From NCBI GenBank assembly GCA_027729785.1, contig JAQCDY010000001.1, forward strand, positions 1 to 54,543: 54,543 nt of DNA, given 5' to 3'. Each line of letters starts with the position of its first letter. Within the stretch, counting starts at the first letter, position 1. Shown here in pieces: positions 46,157 through 54,543 of this stretch. Source of the stretch: Actinomycetota bacterium. GTDB lineage: Bacteria; Actinomycetota; Acidimicrobiia; Acidimicrobiales; Ilumatobacteraceae. The position numbers and the translations under genes are program-made. The notes below the pieces were generated by a model. That model was not told the origin of the DNA. It made no database searches and worked only from the letters and a program-made list of their open reading frames with translations.

Positions 46157-46692
46157 AAAACGGCATCACTCTCGAGATCGATAACGGGCTTTACACGGTC
46201 GTCGACTTTCAACATGTCAAACCAGGCAAAGGTGGTGCGTTCGTTCGCACCAAATTGCGCAACCTGCGAACAAGCAACATCTTGGAACGCACATTTAATG
46301 CCGGCGTGCGGGTTGAGCAGGCGATTCTTGACCGGGCCGACATGCAGTTTTTGTACAAAGAAGGTGATGACTTCGTGTTCATGGATACAGCGTCATATGA
46401 ACAGATCAACGTTTCGCCACGGGCGCTAGGTGAATCAGCCGATTACCTCGTCGAGGGTGCAAAGGCAATTATTGCCCAATATAAAGATGAGATTGTCAGC
46501 GTTGAAATCGCCGTGACAGTCGAACTGAACATTGCAGTGACCGAACCGGGCATTCAAGGTGACCGAGTATCTGGAGCACGCAAACCGGCCACCCTTGAAA
46601 CGGGCAAAGTTATACAGGTGCCGCTATTCGTGAACATCGGTGATCGAGTCAAAGTTGACACCCGTTCCGGCGAATACATCACGAGAGTCTGA
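46129..46692 (+). CDS. efp: Elongation factor P
   Basis: [41 protein letters not shown]. The GTG start is preceded by AAGGA and lies 28 nt inside the pepP-like gene. Confidence 0.95.
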   Translation: [187 protein letters not shown]

Positions 46693-47111
46693 TGTCGACA
46701 TCCAGTAAACACAAATTTGGGGATGACATTCGCAGCACGGCCCGCGAACGGGTTCTCCATTTTTTATACGAGGCTGAATCACGCAATATAAACGTCGCCG
46801 AAATAATTCAGGCACAGGTTCTGAAAGTTGACGACACGGTGTCGCAGATGGCAATCGCCGTAGAAGCGTTGCGGTCGACGACCGATGAGATGATCACCGA
46901 GTTCTCTCACACCTGGACGATTGGTCGCATGCCAGCGATAGACCGAAACGTGTTGAGGTTGGCAATCTACGAACTTATCGAGCGACCAGAAGTGCCGATT
47001 GCGGTGATAATCAACGAGGCAGTAGAACTAGCCAAGCGTTTTTCTACCGATGAATCTGGAAAGTATGTCAACGGAATACTCTCAGCGATTGCGAAAAAAG
47101 TCCGCGTCTAA
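46692..47111 (+). CDS. nusB: Transcription antitermination factor NusB
   Basis: ARERVLHFLYEAE...WTIGRMPAIDRNVLRLAIYELIERPEVPIAVIINEAVELAKRFSTDESGKYVNGIL. The ATG overlaps the efp TGA. Confidence 0.93.
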   Translation: MSTSSKHKFGDDIRSTARERVLHFLYEAESRNINVAEIIQAQVLKVDDTVSQMAIAVEALRSTTDEMITEFSHTWTIGRMPAIDRNVLRLAIYELIERPEVPIAVIINEAVELAKRFSTDESGKYVNGILSAIAKKVRV

Positions 47112-47123
47112 ACTTGCCCAAGG

Positions 47124-48584
47124 TTGAAGGGAGTTGAACTTACGCGTAAGACACTTGAGAATCTCCGTTTTAGAGCCAGTCAAATAACAGTTTGGCAAAC
47201 CGCCACGGGCGCAGCAATCTGGTTAATGGCGATTTATTTGGGTGCGCTAAGTGTCGAACTGCACCGAGGGTTGAACACATCAGCCTATGACTTCGGGCTT
47301 TACGATCAGGGCATTTGGTTGCTATCAGAGTTCAAAAATCCATTCGTAACTTTGATGGGAAGAAACCTTTTCGGTGACCATACAAGTTTTGTTCTTCTGT
47401 TTTTGGTGCCGTTTTACTGGTTCGTCGGTTCAACTTCGTTTTTATTCGTAGTCCAGGCAATCGCAATCGCCGCCGGGGCGATTCCAGTTTTTTTGTACGC
47501 CCGCAAACGACTTGCCAGCGAGATGTTCGCCACCGTGTTTGCCGTCGTTTATTTGATCCATCCTGCATCGGTTTGGATTGGTCTCGAAAATTTTCATCCC
47601 GATTCATTTTTGGGTCTGTTGATTGGAGTTTCACTATACGCCGCATTAGAAAATCGCTGGCGACTTTTCTTTGTCATGGCGATTCTCAGCCTGAGTGTCA
47701 AAGAAGATGTGGCACTCGTGTTGATTCCTCTTGGGGTTTGGATAACTTTCCGCAAAAATCGAACAGTCGGACTGACGACTGTCGTCGCGTCACTGTGGTA
47801 CATGATTTTGGCGATATTCGGTATTCAACAGGGGATCAATGGTGTGGGCTTTCGCAACTCTTGGCGCATACCTTTTGGCGGATGGGGTGGATTGTTCAGC
47901 AATTTGTTCACAAACCCATTGGGGGTCGCAAGTTACCTTGTCAGCGAATCTCGTCCTTATTATTTGTTGCAGTTGGCTTTGCCAACGGCGATGATTTTCT
48001 TTGCTTTCCCTGAAGTTGCAGCAATTGCAGTTCTGGTTGTCGGGGCAAACATTGTCAGTACTTTTTGGTATCAGTTTCATATTGAGTATCACTATTCGTT
48101 CGTAGTTGTGCCGATCTTGGTTTTCGGCACAATTCATGCGATAGGCCGACTTCCACAGAAGTTTCGCAAGTCTTTGGTCGGAGTTTGTGTGATTACGAGT
48201 TTGTTTTCGGCGTTCATGTGGTCGCCGCTTCCCGGTGGTCGCACCCAGATCGCATACAACAGATCAAAACTTGAATCAGCTTCGGCCGCCCGAGAGGCAA
48301 TGGGTAAAGTTCCGTCGAGTGCTGTGGTGAGTGCCTATCATCCACTTACCGCGCATTTGGCTCGCAGAGAACGAATTTATGCTTTCCCGGTGCCGTTTCG
48401 CAGGGCGCTATACGGCCTTGATGCGTTTGCGGTTGGCGATGTATTGCCGTTCGTAGACGAGATCGAGTACGTGGTTCTACCCAAGGTCATGGACGACCAG
48501 ATGGCGCAAATTTGGTCGGAGGTTTCGCCGAACTTTGAAATCACCTTTGCGAATTCGTGGTGGGTCGTGTTTAAGAAGACCTAA
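47124..48584 (+). CDS. DUF2079-family polytopic membrane protein (GT-C-like fold suspected)
   Basis: It has about 10 or more hydrophobic segments, and the N-terminal region ...AYDFGLYDQGIWLL...LFGDHTSFVLLFLVPFYW resembles DUF2079 as I remember it. The start is TTG. Confidence 0.7.
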   Translation: MKGVELTRKTLENLRFRASQITVWQTATGAAIWLMAIYLGALSVELHRGLNTSAYDFGLYDQGIWLLSEFKNPFVTLMGRNLFGDHTSFVLLFLVPFYWFVGSTSFLFVVQAIAIAAGAIPVFLYARKRLASEMFATVFAVVYLIHPASVWIGLENFHPDSFLGLLIGVSLYAALENRWRLFFVMAILSLSVKEDVALVLIPLGVWITFRKNRTVGLTTVVASLWYMILAIFGIQQGINGVGFRNSWRIPFGGWGGLFSNLFTNPLGVASYLVSESRPYYLLQLALPTAMIFFAFPEVAAIAVLVVGANIVSTFWYQFHIEYHYSFVVVPILVFGTIHAIGRLPQKFRKSLVGVCVITSLFSAFMWSPLPGGRTQIAYNRSKLESASAAREAMGKVPSSAVVSAYHPLTAHLARRERIYAFPVPFRRALYGLDAFAVGDVLPFVDEIEYVVLPKVMDDQMAQIWSEVSPNFEITFANSWWVVFKKT

Positions 48585-48607
48585 ATGACGGGGTCGTTTA
48601 GGCAGGG

Positions 48608-48616
48608 TGATATATT
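48608..48616 (+). promoter_or_regulatory. Candidate extended -10 promoter (TGaTATATT) of the pyr operon
   Basis: TGATATATT lies about 70 nt upstream of the pyrR ATG, with a weak -35-like TGACGG 18 nt upstream. It lies in the largest non-coding gap of the window. Confidence 0.35.
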
Positions 48617-48644
48617 GAGGTCCGAAAATTAATTAATTCAACAA

Positions 48645-48675
48645 CCGTAAAAAGAGTCCTGTGAGACTCAAACGG
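48645..48675 (+). promoter_or_regulatory. Candidate PyrR-binding RNA stem-loop in the pyrR leader, overlapping the Shine-Dalgarno
   Basis: The lower stem is CCGU/ACGG (48645-48648 / 48672-48675). There is an A-rich internal loop (AAAAA / AA). The upper stem is GAGUC/GACUC (48654-48658 / 48665-48669), with the hexaloop CUGUGA. GUCCUGUGAGAC resembles the PyrR box core GUCCAGAGAGGC (consensus quoted from memory). The 3' arm shares GG with the SD GGAGG (48674-48678). Confidence 0.5.
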
Positions 48676-48685
48676 AGGAGTGAAA

Positions 48686-49237
48686 ATGGGAAAGTCTGCG
48701 AACGAGGTTTCTTCGCGCGAAGCGATGACTGCGGCCGATGTGCGTCGCGCGATTGTGAGAATCGCCCACGAAATAATTGAGCGCAATCATGGCGTTGAGG
48801 GGTTGGCAATAGTCGGTCTGCAACGTGGTGGCACCTGGATTGCCGAAGAGATAGCCGCGCAAATCAACCAGATTGAAAAGTCCGTTGAAGTGCCGGTTGG
48901 TGCATTGGATGTCAGCCTGCACCGAGACGACATTGGTTTGCGACCAGTTTCGCTCGGGGCGATCAGCAGTATTCCATTCGACTTATCGGGGGCGACGGTC
49001 GTCGTGGTCGATGATGTGCTGTTCACGGGTCGCACGGTCAGAGCGGCGATGGAAGGCTTGAATAACTACGGTCGGCCACGGGCAGTGCAACTTGCAGTGC
49101 TGATCGATCGCGGACATCGCGAATTGCCGATTCGTCCAGATTTTGTCGGCAAGAACTTGCCAACCCATCGCGGTGACGAAGTGTCAGTGACGAGTCAGGG
49201 TGTTCTGATCACTCCGTTCGTGGATGCAAAATCATGA
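48686..49237 (+). CDS. pyrR: Bifunctional pyr operon regulator / uracil phosphoribosyltransferase PyrR
   Basis: AIVRIAHEIIERN, GLQRGG, and the PRPP motif VVVVDDVLFTGRTVRAAM. ATG 48686 has GGAGG 7 nt upstream; the track start GTG 48680 is too close to the SD. Confidence 0.93.
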   Translation: MGKSANEVSSREAMTAADVRRAIVRIAHEIIERNHGVEGLAIVGLQRGGTWIAEEIAAQINQIEKSVEVPVGALDVSLHRDDIGLRPVSLGAISSIPFDLSGATVVVVDDVLFTGRTVRAAMEGLNNYGRPRAVQLAVLIDRGHRELPIRPDFVGKNLPTHRGDEVSVTSQGVLITPFVDAKS

Positions 49238-50169
49238 AGCACTTGCGTTCGATCGACGAACTTGGCTTAGACGGACTGAATAAGTTGTTGCAACTCACCG
49301 ATCACATGGCCGAGATCAATCAACGACCGGTACCAAAGGTGCCCGCACTACGTGGACGTACGGTCGCCAGTTTGTTCTTCGAAGATTCAACACGCACGCG
49401 CTTGAGTTTTGAGACGGCGGCCAAAAGACTGTCTGCCGACACGATGACATTTAATGTCTCAACTTCAAGCGTCAACAAAGGCGAGTCGTTGCGCGACACC
49501 GTCGCGACGATCACCGACATGGGTGTTGATGCATTCGTCGTCAGACACAAGTCGGTTGGTATTCCATGGCAGATCAGCGCCTGGACAACCGCCTCGATTA
49601 TCAATGCAGGGGATGGCGCGCATCAGCACCCAACGCAGGCACTTGTGGATTGCTACACGATTCGTGAGGCGACCCATGCACAAAACTTTGCAGGAATGAA
49701 AGTGACGATCGTCGGCGACATCAAACATTCGCGGGTAGCACGAAGCAACATTCAAGCGTTCTCGTTGTTGGGTGCCAAAGTCACCCTGGTTGCCCCGCCG
49801 ACATTGTTGCCACCGGATATTTCGCACTGGCCAGTTGATGTTTCGCATGATCTCGATGAGGTGCTTGCCGAGAGCGATGTGTTGTATATGTTGCGTCTGC
49901 AAAGTGAGCGCATGGCCCAAGGACATGTGCCAACTCTGCGCGAATATAGCGAGCAATATGGCTTGACGCAAAAGCGCGTGTTGGGTCTGCGATCGAACGC
50001 GATCGTAATGCACCCCGGGCCGATGAATCGTGGTGTTGAAATGCAAATTGATCCTTCAGATGTAAAGAACTCGTTGATTCATCGCCAAGTTGCCAACGGG
50101 GTGTCGGTGCGCATGGCCGTGCTATTTGAACTTCTTGGCAGCGGATCAAACCTCGGAGGCCAAGCATGA
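49234..50169 (+). CDS. pyrB: Aspartate carbamoyltransferase catalytic subunit
   Basis: FFEDSTRTRLSFETAAKRLS, HQHPTQALVD, GDIKHSRVARS, and HPGPMNRGVE. The start overlaps the pyrR stop (ATGA). Confidence 0.96.
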   Translation: MKHLRSIDELGLDGLNKLLQLTDHMAEINQRPVPKVPALRGRTVASLFFEDSTRTRLSFETAAKRLSADTMTFNVSTSSVNKGESLRDTVATITDMGVDAFVVRHKSVGIPWQISAWTTASIINAGDGAHQHPTQALVDCYTIREATHAQNFAGMKVTIVGDIKHSRVARSNIQAFSLLGAKVTLVAPPTLLPPDISHWPVDVSHDLDEVLAESDVLYMLRLQSERMAQGHVPTLREYSEQYGLTQKRVLGLRSNAIVMHPGPMNRGVEMQIDPSDVKNSLIHRQVANGVSVRMAVLFELLGSGSNLGGQA

Positions 50170-51446
50170 GCGGCTCGATTGTGATCAAGAACGGAACGAT
50201 CATCAATCGCACGTTGCAACTCGTGGTCGATGTGAAAATAGAAAATGGTTTTGTTGCCGAAGTCGGTAAAAATCTCAAAGGCGACACCCAGCTGGACGCA
50301 TCTGGTTGCATCGTTAGCAGCGGTTTCGTTGATCTGCATGCGCACTTGCGCGAACCAGGCAAAGAAGAAGCAGAGACAATCGAGACGGGCAGTCGTGCCG
50401 GCGCATTAGGCGGATATACGGCGCTGGTGGCGATGCCGAACACCGATCCGCCACAAGATTCGGTCGCCGTGATCGACTTCGTGCGCGAACAAGGTAAGCG
50501 CGCGGGTCTAGTCGATGTCGTGCCGAGTGGATGCATCACACTCGGACGTCTCGGCGAATCGCTCGCACCGATGGCCGAGTTGGCTCGGGCTGGAGTAACT
50601 TTTTTTACCGACGACGGAAACGGAGTACAAGATGCTGCGCTAATGCGCCGCGCACTCGAATATGCCAGGGGTCTTGGAGTAACACTGGCCCAACATTGTG
50701 AAGTCGCCGAACTAACCAAAGGCGCGGTGATGAATGAGTGTCGATGTTGCACCGATTTGGGTTTGCCTGGTTGGCCGGCAATCGCCGAAGAGTTGATGGT
50801 CTTTCGCGATATTGAACTGGTACGAATCACGGGTGCGTCGATGCACTTTTTGCATCTTTCAACAAAGCGCAGCGTCGAGTTGGTGCGGGCGGGCAAACGA
50901 GATGGTTTGCCGATAACAGCCGAGGTGACGCCGCATCACTTGTCGCTGACCGAAGAACTGCTCGGTTCTTACAATCCGGTGTTCAAAGTGAATCCACCTT
51001 TGCGTTCGGCGGGCGATATTCAGGCGTTGAAAGCCGGTCTGCTGGACGGCACGATCGATGCGATTGCAACCGATCATGCACCGCACCCGCGACGAGACAA
51101 AGAAATGTCTCTCGACATGGCTCCACCAGGAATGCTGGGTCTTGAGACGGCGCTCGGAGTGGTGCTGGCCGAGGGTGCTTGCGAGATTCGCGACATTGTT
51201 GCGTTGATGAGTTGGAACCCGGCAAAAATTGCACGCATCGACAAAACCCATGGTTGCGATGTGGCAGCGGGCAATAAAGCCAACCTCTGCGTATTTGATC
51301 CTGAACTAACTTGGAGCATCGACATCAACCGTCTCGCCAGCAAAAGTGTGAACACTCCGTATTTGGGTCGCACGTTGCGCGGACGAGTTCGCCACACAAT
51401 TTTCAACGGTTCGCCAACGGTGATTGACGGTCAAGCACGAAGATGA
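50166..51446 (+). CDS. pyrC: Dihydroorotase
   Basis: The metal ligands are VDLHAHLREPG, and the sequence also has MPNTDPP, HLSTKRS and ATDHAPH. The start overlaps the pyrB stop (ATGA). Confidence 0.95.
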   Translation: MSGSIVIKNGTIINRTLQLVVDVKIENGFVAEVGKNLKGDTQLDASGCIVSSGFVDLHAHLREPGKEEAETIETGSRAGALGGYTALVAMPNTDPPQDSVAVIDFVREQGKRAGLVDVVPSGCITLGRLGESLAPMAELARAGVTFFTDDGNGVQDAALMRRALEYARGLGVTLAQHCEVAELTKGAVMNECRCCTDLGLPGWPAIAEELMVFRDIELVRITGASMHFLHLSTKRSVELVRAGKRDGLPITAEVTPHHLSLTEELLGSYNPVFKVNPPLRSAGDIQALKAGLLDGTIDAIATDHAPHPRRDKEMSLDMAPPGMLGLETALGVVLAEGACEIRDIVALMSWNPAKIARIDKTHGCDVAAGNKANLCVFDPELTWSIDINRLASKSVNTPYLGRTLRGRVRHTIFNGSPTVIDGQARR

Positions 51447-52542
51447 CACGCAGTATCAGGCCAGCGGCACTCGTTTTGAAAGACGGCACAGTTTTTGAGG
51501 GAGAGGCAATCGGCGCCGGTTCTTCCGAACTATCAGCACCTGTAGTCGCCCGGGGTGAAGTCGTGTTTCACACGGGCCTTTCGGGATATCAAGAAATTTT
51601 AACCGATCCTTCGTATGCCGGTCAGATAATTACTTTCACGACTCCTCATATAGGCAACTACGGCACGGCGGCAACAGACAACGAGTCGGCAAAAGTTTTC
51701 GCGCGCGGAGTGATCGTTCGCGAACTTTCTCGTCGGCGCAGCAATTGGCGCAGCGATGATTCGCTGGATTCATTTTTGAAGCAACACCAAGTTTCGGGGA
51801 TTGCCGGCATCGACACGCGCAAATTGACCCGGGTGTTGCGCGAATCCGGGGCGATGCCGGGCGCATTCGGTACTGCGACTGAGTCCGAGTTGCGCAAGGC
51901 CGCTTTGAGCGAAAAGGGCACCACCGGCAGAAATTTGATCGCCCAAGTTACTACCACCAAGAGTTTCATCCATGGTTCGGGCAAGTTGAAGGTCGTCGCG
52001 TTCGATTTTGGGATCAAAACGACGATGTTGAATTGTCTGGGTGAGTTTGCAACCGTGCATGTCGTGCCGGCGACGACGAGCGCCAGCGATGTGATGGCGT
52101 TGTCGCCGAACGGAATATTTCTCTCAAACGGGCCAGGAGATCCTGAAATGGTGCATGGAGCACCCGCAACAATTCGCGAACTGCTGGGTACTGGCGTGGC
52201 GATGTTCGGCATTTGTCTGGGGCACCAGTTGATGGCCCTGGCGCTTGGTGGCAAAACTTTTAAACTGCCCTTCGGACATCATGGGGCGAATCATCCCGTG
52301 CGCAATCTGGCGACGAATACGGTCGAGATCACCAGCCAGAACCATAATTTTTGCGTTGATGCCGACTCATTGGCAACCAAAGCAGAGGTCACCCATGTCA
52401 ATCTCAATGACAATACGAATGAAGGATTGAAGGTGCTCGGGGCGAACGCTTTCAGTGTGCAATATCATCCCGAAGCCGGACCAGGCCCGCATGACAGTCG
52501 TTATTTATTCGCTGAATTCGTCGCCCGTATGGACGCCAAGTA

Positions 52543-52543
<1 letters not shown>
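51443..52543 (+). CDS. carA: Carbamoyl-phosphate synthase small (glutaminase) subunit
   Basis: [27 protein letters not shown], the triad motif [16 protein letters not shown], and [11 protein letters not shown]. Confidence 0.96.

Positions 52544-54543
<2,000 letters not shown>

Noticed and set aside
49781-50896. A 371-aa ORF on the minus strand, spanning the pyrB/pyrC junction. It is the longest unexplained ORF in the track.
   Set aside because: It lies entirely antisense to two strongly supported genes and changes its phase relative to them at the junction. Its translation is low-complexity Ser/Arg/Pro/Thr/Ala-rich sequence with no motif, which is typical of the stop-poor antisense frame of biased coding sequence. 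It has no SD or promoter-like start context.

Overview
This 54.5-kb window is very compact. My hand tally of the gaps gives about 870 nt non-coding, and no gap exceeds about 100 nt. It holds 53 protein-coding genes, 49 of them on the plus strand, and nearly all are housekeeping functions. The gene order matches the core synteny I know from Streptomyces and Mycobacterium: dnaE (3' end) | a small variable block (hypothetical, nitroreductase, DUF255 thioredoxin-domain protein, S8 subtilase, InhA-type FabI) | npdG-mshC-acyltransferase | thrS-HIT-(membrane protein)-pgsA-patA-(antisense LLM oxidoreductase)-pimA | lemA-htpX-DUF3048 | pdxS-pdxT-yebC-bcp | ruvCAB-queA-tgt-yajC-secD-secF | relA | hisS-aspS-rarA | alaS-ruvX-mltG-aroE | aroC-aroK-aroB-aroQ-pepP-efp-nusB | DUF2079 | pyrR-pyrB-pyrC-carA-carB. 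carB is only a 5' part; it runs off the right edge, so it is absent from the ORF track. The mycothiol (mshC), phosphatidylinositol-mannoside and F420-type genes, together with the synteny, indicate an actinobacterium. The intermediate GC (by eye) and tight packing suggest a streamlined lineage, but that is inference. I found no rRNA or tRNA genes, CRISPR arrays, transposases, integrases, prophage genes or recognisable defence or toxin modules. I do not see a convincing candidate for an undescribed multi-gene system; this looks like an ordinary core region. The most informative signals are regulatory: (1) a perfect GAAC-N4-GTTC SOS box centred on the ruvC start codon; (2) a TANNNT -10-like hexamer 6-7 nt upstream of about ten start codons, which implies widespread leaderless mRNAs and helps choose starts; (3) a PyrR-type stem-loop that covers the pyrR Shine-Dalgarno. 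Lesser observations are queA-tgt inserted in the ruvB-yajC junction, an antisense F420-type oxidoreductase splitting the PIM cluster, and a few uncharacterised proteins.
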